NCBI GenBank assembly: GCA_018398765.1
Contig: JAHBMJ010000131.1
Coordinates: forward strand, 1-56,163
Length of the DNA stretch: 56,163 nt
Reading direction: 5' to 3'
From: Chromera velia
Lineage: Eukaryota
This document shows positions 40,234 through 53,959 of this stretch, one piece after another. The notes beneath the pieces were generated by a model. That model did no database searches and was not told the DNA's origin. It worked only from the letters and a program-made list of their open reading frames with translations. The position numbers were made by a program, and so were the translations under genes. Positions within the stretch are counted from its first letter, which is position 1. Every line of letters starts with the position of its first letter.

Positions 40234-41360
40234 GCTCAAGATGCTCGCGGGTGCCTGGTCAGCTTTAATGAATGGTGATTGTCCTTCCTCTATGATACAC
40301 GCACAAAAATTGATTGGGTCGACCGGATTGGAAGAATTTATGACTGTCAATCTAACCATCAGAAGAAGAAAGAAAGCCACCAAGGTTTAAGAGCAGTGAT
40401 CAACCGGAAAGTTGATGAATGGATTGATGGTTGTCTAGAAAGGGCCGCTTCACGGAGGGCGGTTTTACAGTTTGGCAGAGGCGTCAGAGCGAATGTGTTC
40501 CAAACGTCTTATCTTACTGCCCAACGTTTGTCTCTCCTCTTCCTTTCCTCTACTTTTCCTTCATCCCCTTTGCCCCCCCGTTTCGTTTCCCTCCCTCGCG
40601 CTGCGATCTGGTCCTCAGGCCCTTTTTCAGCCTTGCTGTATATGTTGCTTGGTGGTCGCCCCCATGCACCGTACAGAGGGCTGGAAGACGCGGTTTGCCC
40701 TGCATGCAGGGGCAAAGCAGACGATCTACTGCACCGGCTGACTGAATGCACAGAAACAAGATCAGATCGAGAGGTTCTGAATGCAATTGTAGCCGAAATT
40801 GAAGCCAAATTAGACAGAGCCCAAGAAAGAGAGAGAAAGTGGTTGCTATCGATAGACTCCACCCCTCTAAAACACGCCACGCAAAGCGAATTGTTGGCAT
40901 GAATGAAAGTCACCCTGGCACTCAGACACTCACCCATACTGGCCCTGCGACTCTTGCGAAACATCTGTCTGCGCCCTGCATCGTAAGGCCTGCGATTCGA
41001 TACATGTGATGGTTACTTACCTCTCTTCCTGTCTCACCTTTGAATGTTCTTTTTCCATCTCCCACGTACATCTCCCGTCTCCCCTCTCCACCGGTCTTCC
41101 TGTCTGCCTCTACTGCCTGAGAGTCTCTGTTGCAGTTGTCGCACTCCTCCCACAGAAGGGAAACGGCATCAGCGATTTAGAAAGCATCTTCTAGATGCAG
41201 GGTGTTTAGAGTTGCGAGAGTGCAGCCCCCTCCCGTTGTATGATGCAGGTCTGGCAAAGGGGCAATAAAGCATTGTCCTAGACTTATGCACTGCATGATG
41301 GCCTATAGACCGATTAATAATAATAATAATAATAATAATGATGATGATGATGATGATGAT
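40234..41360 (+). mobile_element. 5'-truncated LINE, family B, with C-terminal CCHC and an (AAT)n(GAT)n tail
   Basis: ORF 40279-40902 contains VCPACRGKADDLLHRLTEC, analogous to the family A CCHC motif. It ends with GGGGCAATAAAGCATTGTCCTAGAC...TAGACCGATT(AAT)n(GAT)n. Confidence 0.75.
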
Positions 41361-41688
41361 ATAGGGGGTTTATAATAATCAGTATAAAAAATACTGATTA
41401 GATAATGATAAGCTTTCTAATTATACTAATCTTGAGATGATCTACATCATATTCAGTAAAGTTTAGAATAAAGTTCTAGAATAACATAATAATACTAGTA
41501 GCTATGTACAGGTAAACTTTTTTTTAATTCGTTTTTACGGCTTTTCATTCAACTTCAAGAGATACAACATGAACTTAAATTTAAGTTAATTGAATAAAGT
41601 TCATACAATTTACTATTCGATGCACCTTAACTATTATATATACTTTATACTTTTAAAATATTCTTTCCTTCCTTCTGTATGATTTTTT

Positions 41689-42338
41689 CTATGGGAAATT
41701 CTTTATATTAGGGCAGTGAAAGAAGCAGAAACGACACACTGTTTGTCTGTTTCTACGAGAATACTGTTGTACTTCTACGATCCCCCTTTCCAGGTCTCTT
41801 TCAGGAAAAAGGTTGCACGTTCTGTTGTCTGTGCCGTATCCTTTGGTCTTCCGCTCTTGCTCCGAGTCATCGTGACTTGATCGGCCCTTCCCCCGATCGT
41901 TCTTTCTCCCCGGCCTGTACTTCTCAATGCATCTGCCCGAGGTCAGTCGATCCATTCAAACCTTTCGAATTGACCACTGCTCCTTCGAAGTGACCGAAAA
42001 CGGATGTTTTTTTCTTTTAGATTTTCATGCATCGATCCCTAACCGAAACAAACATCAAATGGACCGTACAAACAACCAACACACAGGTGAAGTTTGTGAC
42101 AAGAGAAACTTAGTGCCCCGTCCCCAGCCGGTTCGCGACGACGTTCATCCATCTCACCAGACCAAGGAATCACCCCTCCCCATCCCGTTTCCCATCTCCA
42201 CGAATTAATTGCCTTGTAAACACACCTCCAAGCTCGATCGCTTTCCTTTCCCTTTCCGTACTTCACCAGTCTGCGTAGTCTCCTGACTGTTCCTTCATGC
42301 GCATCTGGACTGATTTGGGCACCTGCACACGCAGAAAA

Positions 42339-42383
<45 letters not shown>

Positions 42384-44041
42384 AAAGCACAGACAGCCTC
42401 TCCTGGAGGGGGGGGGAAGAATCAAGGGGGTCGCATCAACAAAAGGAAGCGAAGGAGATAATGAAGAAGAGGAAGAAGGCCTAAAGTAAAGGGAGACTGA
42501 AAAACACTTCACGCCGAGGGGGCGCCAACGTCTCGGACAAGGATTTAGATTCGGGAATTCCAACTGACAGCATGGAATCTCCGTTTTGGAAGGAAACGCT
42601 CTGAGCAAATGAAAGACAGCACTTAGATCTACGTCAAAATTTCGATCCCGGAAGTCTCCTAGTGAATTCAAACGACCGACCGACCGACCGACCGATGCGA
42701 TCTGCCAGCACTGAGAGTAGGGGAACGTGTAGTGCATGTACCCGGCAGGCATGTCGAAACCCGACTTGCGTTTGCCCTCATCTGCACAATTAAGTGGGAC
42801 AAAACGAGGGTTTTCCTGATTGGTTTATGTACACCGAAAGGACAAACGTGAGCAGAGCAACCTGATTGAATGACACCGACCGACTGACCAACCTACCCAC
42901 TTGCCTACTGACTGACTGACACACTCACTCACTGACCTGTCACCAGGCCGGTCTTTCTGTGGAAGTCCCTGTACGTCCCTGCACGCAGACGTGAAAGTTC
43001 AGGGAGGGTCAGGGGGGTTGAGGGAGTGCACATTCAAGGAGAAAAAGGCCCACGCAGGCACTTTCTGAAGCCGACAGAACGGACGTGCGGCGGCGTTCCC
43101 ACAAGGCTACCTGAGGGAAGGTGCCGCATTGCAGAACTCCTCTGTCATCGCAGCACCATCCTAGAAAGTCCCCTACGCAGAAAAGGAAACTGCCACTACT
43201 GCTTACAGACCTGATTTGATCGTGGCGCTCATGGGAACGAATTCTCCGAATCCTGAGGGGTACTGGCTCTTGCTGCAGTCCATACGTATGCACATGCACA
43301 CATGATGATCCGTGAACGACTCGCCTCTTCTTTTATTCGGAGATGCGGCGATCCGGACTTTATCAGACAGACGATGAAGTGAAGAGCGAAACTACAAGGC
43401 AAGCGACCCCCTTCTCACTCCTTCACTCACTCACTCACTCACTCACTCACTCACCCACTCACAAAGGAGGCAAAGAGACTGGGGGGAGAGAGAGAGCAGA
43501 GACCAGAGAGGAGAGAAAGGGACAGAGAGATACAGAGCGAGGCACAGACAAGCTGAGATGAGCAGACAGACGGAAACATTCACAGAATAAACGAAGACGT
43601 CAAACTGCGCAGGCAAGCCCACGCGCCACCAGTGCATAGACTGCGCAGTGCATAGATCGCCTTGATTTCAAAACATCTCGTGTACACCAATAGCATTTCC
43701 CCCCCTCAGCCGCACATGAACTGACTCGAATGTGAAGTCGGGCTGCTCTCTGGGGTGTTTCAGGGTCACAGTTTGCTCCTGCACTCAGACAGAGCGGAAG
43801 TAGACAGAAGAAAGAGAACGCTTGAGAAACAACGACTTGCGTGTCATGTATATACACATAGACAGGTAAAGGTTTCTACGTGACGGCAGTGATAACGACG
43901 GGCGTTTGAAGCTCGATGAGGGCACCTTGAAACGATGCAGGAGGTGTGTCCCGTTTTCTTCAAAGAGAACAGTGGGAAAAGCCTTTTGCTTTCTCCATGT
44001 GTTGGGTTTGGTTAGCGAAGAGACACACGGGGGACACAGAC

Positions 44042-44080
<39 letters not shown>

Positions 44081-44802
44081 GTCTCTCTGTCTGTCTCTCT
44101 GTCTGTCTCTCTGTCTCTCTGTCCCTCTGTCCCTCTCCCTCTCGCTCTCCCTCCCCCTCTCTCCCTCCCTCTCTCTCACGCACACAATCAGAGATAGAAA
44201 GACAGAGATAGAAAGAATTCCCGTGCACCCCCCCCACCGACTCACCCAAGGAAGGTAGGACCTTCTGTGCAGCGTCACTCCTCTCGCCTCTGCAGTCAGT
44301 CAGCACGTGTGTGGACATGCATGGACGGACACCTCGATTCAATTCCGGCAAAAAGGAAAACACGGACGGCACTTCTTCGTTTTCACTTTGGAAGGCCTCA
44401 GCTGTATTGGCCAAACAGATCAGCGGCCAAGAGACAAGCGACAAATACGTAAGACAGTCGGACCACCTCTCTATCCCCCAAGACAACGCTGAACAAGAAA
44501 AGGTGCAGGGAAGGAAGAAGGAATGGAAAGGATAAGGACTACAAAGAAGTAAGAGTTGGGCTCTGCACTTCCAAGCAGAAAATGAAAACATCCTGCCTGA
44601 TTGAGACTGACGGTGGGGGGGGTACGTGACAACATTCTCGAAGAAGCCCTGGTATCCCGCCATTCTGCGGAGACGATCATCGACCTGCATGGGGGGGCGG
44701 GGTGGAGACGTTCGTTTTTCTCTGTGTATTCTTTTTGGTGTGTGTGTTGTTTTGATTTGCTTTTTGTGTCTGTTCGTGAGCTCATGCCTTTGTATGTTCT
44801 TG

Positions 44803-44841
<39 letters not shown>

Positions 44842-44903
44842 GTCTCTCTGTCTCTCTGTCTCTCTGTCTCTCTGTCTCTCTGTCTCCCTCCCTCCCTCCC
44901 TCC

Positions 44904-44956
<53 letters not shown>

Positions 44957-45680
44957 GTGTGACCATGTGCTCCTCTCAAAGACGGGCTAACCTATTGGAG
45001 GAACAACCCATGTTTTCACCCTCTTTTCCGAACCCGATTTGCCCTTGACGCGCCTTTCTTACGGTGTACGTGCTTCCCGGTCACCTGTTGCTGTCTGAAT
45101 CAACGGCCTACACGAGAATACTATTTTGTTCCCACACGCTGATGTTGACCGACCGACGTACCTTCTTTGTCTCAGCCGTCTCGGGAACGACCGTGCGGAG
45201 GTGGGCGGTGGCAGAGGGCGCACTTCTGAGAGTGACCTTCGGGTCTCCTGCACTCACAAGAAAGAGGACAGGGAGGAAAACGGATGAATGGGGAGAGGGA
45301 GAGATACGAAGGTAGGCGGAGAGATAGGCAGTCAAGTAAAGAGGTAGCCAGATGGACCGACTGACAGACAGTCTGGCAGACAGTTTGTTAGATAGATGTA
45401 CACACAGACAAATGGATGGATGGATAGACGGACAGATGGATCCATGGATAGATGGACAAATGGATGGATAGGCGGATAGATGGATCCATGGATAGATGGA
45501 CAAATGGAGGGATGCCAACATAAACTGCACATTTACAGACGATGAGATAAACGCACAGCTGGACAAGCACAGACACAGACACAGACAGAGGAGTACATCC
45601 AAGCAGTCTGCAGCGTTCTTCCAGAAGTACATTTCAGTGTGTATGCACCCCAGGTCCAACGTTTCCTCTTGAAGTGACAC
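41689..45680 (-). CDS. Hypothetical multi-exon protein; exon chain not resolved
   Basis: Short coding-like blocks bounded by AG/GT sit between microsatellite introns, e.g. EETLDLGCIHTEMYFWKNAADCLD, VDDRLRRMAGYQGFFENVVTYPP, MPAGYMHYTFPYSQCWQIAS and AQISPDAHEGTVRRLRRLVKYG. Confidence 0.35.
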
Positions 45681-45772
45681 AATGGCTGGTAAGCGCAAGA
45701 AAGGTTGGACTGAACGAACAAGAAGGATGGACGTCTTGCTGCCTAGAGAGGAAACGGAGGGTACCCAGCCAG

Positions 45773-46376
45773 CTACTTCGGTGGAAGCACCCGAAATAGA
45801 ATACGATGACGTAGACTAAAAGAAGACGGACCAGGTTTGGCGGTCACAAGCTCTTTGGCTGCCCCGCGGACTGTGTATGAAGCTCCGGGGAAGGGTTTGT
45901 TTGTGGTCGCGCTCACCGACGGGACGTTGTAGAGGAAGGGCAGGTCTGTCTTGTCCACAGGCGTCTGTATGAGAGAGGAGCAGCAAGGAAGCGCGACAGA
46001 AGGGAAAGATAGGGTTCAGCTCAGGGGCAGGACACACGAATGGAAGGAAATTGGAATTACACAAACTGACTGACCTTCGTGCTCATGTCACGGTAACTTG
46101 TTCTGTACATGTGATGTTTGCTCCATGTTCCCTCAGCATCTGCCGGCAGATTGTTGAAAACTGTGCGCAAGGCTGATTCTCTCTTGGCTGTGTCGTACTG
46201 TTCGTCAATGGGATATTTGAGGGGCACGCTGGTGCGGGTGAGGATGTGGCTGATGGCGGGACGGCCTGAGGTTGTCGAGACCTCGTAAGGCTTCGGCTGC
46301 ATGCATGGAGTAGAGGGGGGGCATGGTAAGTACACAAGGAAGAAGAATGATGGCAGGCATGAACATTTCGAGTCAT
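45773..46376 (-). CDS. Hypothetical protein of about 141 aa; exons 46376-46365, 46296-46075, 45964-45773
   Basis: Phase-0 GT-AG joins give MTRN-PKPYEVSTTSGRP...KHHMYRTSYRDMSTK-TPVDKTDLPFLYNVP...PPK*. It could instead splice on into the downstream exons. Confidence 0.5.
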
Positions 46377-47019
46377 GAGCTTACCACAGTGTTCCCGATT
46401 CTTCCCTGCGGATGGTTGAGTGTGGGAATTGAAGCCTCCATCGTGGATCGAGCTAGTTTGGGGCAACTCTGTTGTTTGAACGAAGAGAGAGTGATTCGTG
46501 AGGCGTCTGCTTAATGGAAGGGAATCCAACGAATTCGTCCGAATCTTCAAGTTCACTTCACTGGGGCTGATGCGCTTTGCAGGTGAAGGTAAAGCGCTCA
46601 ATTAATGAAGAACCATTGAAGATCAGACAGCATGAATTGAGGCGTATGCAGTCTGCTGGGGCCTGCATGCATGATACACTCTCCCTTCGCTCTGTATATA
46701 TAAGTGCCTTGAGATATGTGGCCCAATATAGACGGTTAGAGTCGGCAAATTCTATGCGTAGAAGTGCGGATACACTTTTAGGTGTTCTGGGCCTGGGGCC
46801 CAAAATTTGGAATGTCTGAGCCGCCATCAGAGAAGGCACAGGTAAGTCAATTAGAGGTACGGTCCCGGAAAGTTGGTGCTGACGATCCCGGAAAGAGAAC
46901 AAAATTTCACGCATGATATCCGCCGCACGTCTGCCTCAGAGAGAAACCGCTCGGTCCAACTTCTCATCAGATCAGCTCACTTCCTCTCACATTTCGAGTT
47001 GTATTGCTGCTCAGGAAAA

Positions 47020-47784
47020 ATGAAGAGAGGACGCGGTGGTGTCGGTGGCGGAAAACTCCGCATCTCCCTCGGTCTTAACACGGCCGCTTTGATCAACTGC
47101 GCCGACAACAGCGGTGCCAAGAACCTTTACATGATTGCTGTGAAGGTACGTGAGTGAGTCCAGAGCGAGACAGTGCGTGCTGCGAAGACCTTCCTTCCAT
47201 TGTCATCTATCCCATCCACGCTGTGTGCTTGCATTGTTTGAGTGCAGGGCTTCGGTGCCAGGCTGAACCGTCTGCCCAAGGCGACTGTGGGGGACATGAT
47301 CCTCTGCTCAGTCAAGAAGGGAAAGCCTGAGCTCAGGTGAGTGAGTGAGGGGGGAGGTGTCACGTGGCATGGCCGTATGAGCTCTTGTGACCCTAATCTT
47401 GTGCTTTTGCTGCTTGGCTGCAGAAAGAAGGTGCTGAAGGCAGTGGTCATCCGTCAGCGCAAGTGCTGGAGGCGCCCCGAGGGCTTCTTCGTGTACTTCG
47501 AGGGTCAGTCAGTCTGAAAGTGAAGTTTGACGATGTCCATCTTATGGCAGTGGCTCTCATGCGTTGTGCTGACTCTTCTTGTGCATCCATCTTCTTCTTT
47601 TTCTTTGTGCACCTGATTCCCCTTCCTTCCGCTCCTTGCTTGTCTGTATTTCCTCTCAGACAACGCTGGCGTGATCGTCAACGAGAAGGGAGAGATGAAG
47701 GGATCCGCCATCACTGGCCCTGTGGCCAAGGAGTGCGCAGAGATGTGGCCCAAGATTGCCTCCGCTGCCCCCGTGATCTGCTAA
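47020..47784 (+). CDS. RPL23: 60S ribosomal protein L23 (uL14), 139 aa; exons 47020-47145, 47248-47336, 47424-47503, 47660-47784
   Basis: [37 protein letters not shown]...[13 protein letters not shown]...[36 protein letters not shown]; 420 nt in frame. Confidence 0.98.
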
Positions 47785-48375
47785 GCATTCATTCCTTCAA
47801 AGGCATTTGGGGGGACTGATTAGATCACCCGATGGGAGTGTAGTGGCAGGGGGTGGAGGCATTTTCTTCAGCTATGATCCAAGCAGAGACAGACCTCAAG
47901 CGGACCACAGAAAAATCAGAAGTGACACCCACTGACCACTCCTGAAGCAGCTCTGTAGATTTCAATGATCCATAATGCATCTTTTTATGGACCCCGCCCC
48001 TGCATCTCGCCTTTCGTTTGAGTCTTGCTGTCGTTTCCATCCTTTAATTCTTCTTTCCATCTGTACATGTGCAAATACGCAGTTTTTCAGCTTTGCCTGT
48101 CTGATTTTCCCGCTTCAACTGTTCATGTGCCTTTCCCTGATGTACGTATTGTGTCCTCCTGCCTCCTGTCTGTCTCATATCTGCGGGGCATGCTTGAACA
48201 TTCCTCTAGTATGTTCTTTTTCGTTTCGTCTCTGTTCTGCTCTACTTCATGTTCTTTTGCGTGCCGAGCTGCATGTGTGTCTAGTCTGTGTAGAGGCAAG
48301 GGAAGGTTAACTCTCACCTTTCGGGCCCTGCCCACGTCGTCTGCTTTGTCTTTTTGTTCCTTTGGCTTTGTTCTT

Positions 48376-48675
48376 TTCTTTCTTCCTTCCTTCCTTTCTC
48401 CCTTCCTTTCTTCCTTCCTTTCTTCCTTCCTTCCTTCCTTCCTTCCTTTCTCCCTTCCTTCCTTCCTTCCTTCCTTCCTTTCTCCCTTCCTTCCTTCCTT
48501 TCTCCCTTCCTTCCTTTCTTCCTTCCTTCCTTTCTTCCTTTCTTCCTTTCTTCCTTTCTTCCTTTCTTCCTTTCTTCCTTCCTTCCTTTCTTCCTTTCTT
48601 CCTTTCTTTCCTTCCTTTCTTCCTTCCTTCCCTTCCTTTCTTCCTTCCTTCCTTCCTTCCTTTCTTCCTTCCTTC

Positions 48676-48706
<31 letters not shown>

Positions 48707-48776
48707 TTCCTTGTTCCCTTCTTCCCTTCTTCCCTTCTTTTCTTCTTTTCTTCTTTCCTTCCTTCCTTCCCTTCCT

Positions 48777-48821
<45 letters not shown>

Positions 48822-48925
48822 GTCTGTTTTTTCTTTCTTTCTTGTTTTTCTTTCTTTTTTTTTTTTTTTTCTTTTCTTTCTTTCTTTCTTTCTTTCTTTC
48901 TTGCTTTCTTGCTTTCTTTCTTTTC
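48376..48925 (+). repeat. Pyrimidine-rich (TTCC/TTTC/TC)n microsatellite
   Basis: Directly visible. Confidence 0.95.
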
Positions 48926-48994
48926 TGTTGTGTACATGACGAAAAGGAGGGGAAGAAAGAAGATACAGTCTGTCTGTAGAAGCCATACAGTCTC

Positions 48995-49026
<32 letters not shown>

Positions 49027-50768
49027 GCCTTTCGGGCCGGGCCCCTTGCCCACTTTGATGTTCTTTTGTCTTTGTTCTTTGTTTTTTTTCGTCTGTTGTG
49101 TACATGAAGACAAGAAGGGACAAGAAGAAACATGTAGTATGTCTCTCTGACTGTCTGTCTGCGCCCCCCACCCTCTGTCTAAAGAACGTGACGGTGCCGG
49201 TTCCCCCTATGTTGTGCGTATTTGTTTGAAGTGCAGTACGCTTTTTTTTCTCTCGTCTTTCGTTTTTCCTTTTTTTCTCTTCCCTTTTTTTCTTTTTTTT
49301 CTCTTCCTTGTGTCTTCCGGGGAAGCAGCAGAGGATTAACGTGTGAACCCAGTGATCACGTGAAAGTCTGTCAGGAGGTGGAGAGGCAAGGGGCGCTTGC
49401 CTCTTATCTTTCGGCCCCCCTATGCTTTCTTTTTGATTGTTCGTTTGTTCTTTTCTTTTGCCGTTGTTCTTTCTTTCCTATTTTCTTTCCTTGTAGCTTT
49501 CGTTCTCTTTGTCTAATGTGTACATTAAAAAAGAAGCCAGAACTAGAGGCAGAAGGAGAATCACATAGTCGGTCTGTCTTAGTCTGGCCGGTGCGTGCAT
49601 TTGTCTAGGCATTTGTGTGTGTGTAGTGTGTGCGCGAGCGCGCACGCGCGTGCGTGCGTGTGTGTGTGTGTAACACTGTGTGTGTGTCCCACAAAAAATA
49701 TAATTTACATATTAACAAACTTAACTTAAGTAAATAATACTAAAAGTAATAGAAGAACATTAGCAAACTTTGAAGTGAGTCTTAATTAAGTGACTGATCT
49801 TAGAAAATTGAGTATATCATGTCTAAAGTTTCCATTATAATTCTAATATGCATGATTAGTGATGAAGATGATGATCGATAAGACGTACGACTTAGTTAAC
49901 CCGGTATACACGGGCTTAGGCTGCATGCTAGCCACGTAACCCAATGGCAAAGGACAGTTTGTGTGTATTTAAATCATATATATTGTAAGAATACAAGAGG
50001 ATTCTGGAAGTAATGGAAAAGGGAAGGGAGATAAGAGCGGGAGGAGAGAGCAAAGCAGAGAGACGGATACAGGAAGCGCGCATACAAAGTAATACAAAGC
50101 TTAAATACCCTATCGTCTGGTGTTATTGGTATTATATTTGGAATGGTTCCCTCTCAGTCAGCGGCCCAAAACATGCTAAAGAAAATATACAAAGTTCAGA
50201 ATACTTGTTAGTTAATTGATCGCGGCCTGGGAAACCAGGCGGGCCACGGGGTATGGTCTGAGCTAGGGTCTGAGCCTCAGGGATGAGGCACAGCCCCCTG
50301 CCCTAGCGCCTGCCATTTGCGGGGGCGACCTCTATATTATTAGAGTCTATAAGCCTGAAACAAACTTTGAAACGGCGACAGTACTCTAGGGTACCACTAA
50401 ATTACTTATCACTTATCACTTACTATATATAGTATATAGGATTATAGATATAGGAGCGTACTAAGCGATTACTCTTCTAAAGTATTTAAACTTTAGTATC
50501 ATATTTATGTTAATTAACTATATATGTTAATTTTCTTTTTTAAAAAATAAAATTTTATGTTTGTTCCTATCGCATTTGCAAATAATTGCCACTAATTGGA
50601 ACAATTGAAATGCCTACTATAATTAGGAATTTAGAATCACAAATTCCCAATTCAAAATAATTTGGAAACATGTTTTTCACTGAGTTTTACGTTGAAAACT
50701 TACTAGACTAGTAATCTACGTTTTGAATTGGCGCGCGTGCCCTGCGGCTGGCGAGGCGGGGACTATTT

Positions 50769-51485
50769 TCAACAAAAAAGACTGTTTTCACACATAATGA
50801 TCTGAGTCAGACTTGCAGGTCGTTGTAGGTAGTCCTGGAGACGAGGCAGGTACTGGGCCATGAAGGCCATCGAGGGTGCCGAAAGGCGTTTCTGAAGTTT
50901 AAAGACCGTTTCCGCATCAAAGTGGAGCTCGTACTTATTGCCAAAGAACTCGAGGAGGTGTGCAGCGATCGCTTTGCTCGGTTGGTTCAGGCACAGCACA
51001 GTGGCTTGTTGGCCTGTAATGAGGAGGAGACTTCCCTCCGAGAAGGTCGTTGGCGCGACGCACTTTTTATGTGGGTCCAGGCCGTGATAGTCGAAGCAAA
51101 AAGCGAGGGCTGTCAGCCCCCCCCCCGCCCCGCTGCGGCCTTCACCCACTCCTCCATTGCCTCCTTGTCGAAACGGAGCCTAAGCTTGTTCATGGCTTGT
51201 ACCATCACGTTGAGCGGACCGCTGGCATTGCGTGCCAGTGTGCGGATCACCGAGAGGACGTTCTTCTTCCTCGTCCCTGCTTGCAGCTACAAACATTAGC
51301 ACTGTTTCGTCATTAGTCGCCTAAAGCAAACAGCAGAGAGTCTGCGTTCTTTATCATACTCTCTATGACTCCTCTATTTTATAATATTTTCTGTACGACT
51401 TTCCCAACAACCTTTCCATTATTTTGCTAACATTTTTTCCAAGGTGACACACATACGTTCACACATACACATACACACACACATA

Positions 51486-51535
<50 letters not shown>

Positions 51536-51957
51536 TATACAGACACACACACATACACACACATACACACACATACACTGACTGTGTATATTCACGATTA
51601 TTAGGGGTCCTCGCGGCGTAGCTCCTGAGCTCGACCTACTCCATCTTTCTGACCATCTCCATGGCCTCAGTGCAGGGGCATGCTCTCCTTACCTGCTTGC
51701 CGTCTCTGGCTCCGAGAGGTACATCCTTCACCTGTTTTTTGGAAGGCATCACGTCATCCAGGGTGAGGTATGGCACTCCACACTTCGAGAGTCTATAGCC
51801 GTCACGGTGCTGCTTTGTCACCAGCCAAGTCCTCACGCCGGCACCCATTAGGTCGCAGATGTAGTCCGTGCGAGTCTGTGCATGTACCCCCCGTCTTCAC
51901 CCACGAAAACAACAATCTGCCGTTGGTAAAAGTGTGTGTATATGTGTGTGTGTGTTT

Positions 51958-51998
<41 letters not shown>

Positions 51999-53647
51999 TG
52001 TCTGACGAAGAAAAAAACGAGAATTGGAGAGAGAGAGAGTGGCAGCAAAGCAGATACTGCCTGGCTGTGCAAAGAACGGAAGGCAACAGACAAAGTACAA
52101 TGAAACATGCAAACAGAATCAAACGGAGAAACAGAGACAAATCGAGCGAAACCGAGGAAGAGAGGGAGACCAATGATCACCAAACAGTTTGTCAAGTCCA
52201 GTTAAGACACAGACACCACCCCCTTCTGGCTGACCTCCTTATGCCACGCAAAACAGGTTCTCCGTATTCGGAATCCTGCAATGCCAGCCAGGTCGACCGA
52301 TCGATGGAGGATTGATTGAGTGAGCTAGCAAGTGTACGTAAAAGGGAAAAAATATACTAGCTGGCTGTGCAGAGACTACGAGACAAAAAAACGAAGGAGA
52401 CAGAGAAAAGAAAGAAAGAAAAAAAGAAAGAAAGAAAGAAAGAAAGAAAGGAAGGAAGGAAGGAAGGAAAGAAGAAATGGAAGAATTCGAGTAAGACAGA
52501 CAGAGGAAAGAACGTTCCTCGTTTCTCAATATTGACAGAAAGAGACAGTTGACTATATCTCAGCCTGACTGACTGACCAACGTAGCCCTACAGAGTGTTC
52601 ACCGCAGGAATAGGGGGCAGCACATTCAGGAGATCCCCCGGCATTTCCTCGAAGTGGAAGGGGGACCTAGCTCTTCTTGTCAAAAAAAGAGCCCCACCGT
52701 CGTCTGCCGTGTACAATGTCATCGGATTCGGCATCCTGTCCCACGCCGTTCCGACCAAGCTGGGCTGTACGCTTATGCACGTGCATGTTGGAGGGCCAGC
52801 ATGGAGATAAGGAGAGAAGAAGAATTGGGCATAGCTAGAATAAATGCATGCAGGCTGCTTCATACGCATGATAAAAAAAAAAGCTTTGTCTATGAAAAGC
52901 AGAAAGTTAACGTAAAAATAAATAAATGCATTGATCAGCTATTCATGTATGCGCGTGAGGCTTCATGAATGTTCATAAGCAATCTGGTCGAAATGATCGA
53001 AGGCAGTAAGAAGCTGGTTGAGAAGAATTAACGATGTGAAGGTAAGTCATGAGCAGACAAAAACAAGGGGAGCAGCCTGAGGTACCGAATTCTGCAAACT
53101 CCTTATGATTTTTTCAACGGGCATCTCTCCGTTCTCCCTCTTCTTTTTCTTCTCCTCCGCTCCCCTCCCAGTCCAGTCTGCCAGCTTCTCAGCCACCTCC
53201 TTGTAGTCTTTGATGGTCCTACAAGCAGCTACTCAATGACATGCATGCATCATAATGCTCTTGAAATTTCCTGAACCCATTGATATTCCTTATCCATTTT
53301 ATCAGTTCTATATGTACAGAAAGGGGCTGGGGGTGGGGGAAAGACACTTCAATTACAGTCACAGGTCTGCTGGTTCTCTCTTTGTTTCTCTCAATTCTTT
53401 AGGGGAGAGTGCGCGTGCACACGCTACTGCTTGTGGATGTCACACAGTGTCTGTGTCGACTGCCAGGTCTGTATGCTGAGGTTGACTCATTCACTATTCC
53501 GCTAAGCGAATAAATCTGTTGATGTACAGACTACTTGATCATTGTGTCATCGACTGACTTTCCAGAGAACTTTGTCTCGTCTTCATCCCTGAGAATGGGG
53601 ACTCCGGAAACTCCTTTCAGGCCCACCGGCACAGTCTTCTGCCTCAT
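50769..53647 (-). pseudogene. Hypothetical multi-exon gene with apparent lesions (pseudogene or sequencing errors)
   Basis: Exon-like blocks: MRQKTVPVGLKG... (53647), TIKDYKEVAEKLADW..., PSLVGTAWDRMPN..., FRIRRTCFAWHKE, TRTDYICDLMGAGV..., TRKKNVLSVIRTLAR...LTALAFCFDYHGLD. There is a frameshift at the C10 run 51117-51126 and a TAG at 52588-52590. Confidence 0.45.
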
Positions 53648-53959
53648 GGAAACCCTTGTACTGCGCTAGTCGGACTCCGTGTCTGAGCCAGGCAGCCAGG
53701 TAAAGCTAGAACAGAATAGGGCACCAAAGAGCCTAGAATAAACACTTATAGAGAGCCAATTGATTGAAGTTGTTTGTGTAAGAAGGTTCAAGACTGAGTT
53801 CGATTTTAGACCGGGTTCAGATTCTTCTAAGTCAGAAGTTTAGTTCAGAGTAAGAATCGAATCTAAGGTTTAGAGAGAATCCTTCAAAGTTTAGAGCCGC
53901 CCCTTTGACGAGCTTGAAATCTCCATTTCCAAATCGCACTTCAATTTTGTTTTTTCGTT

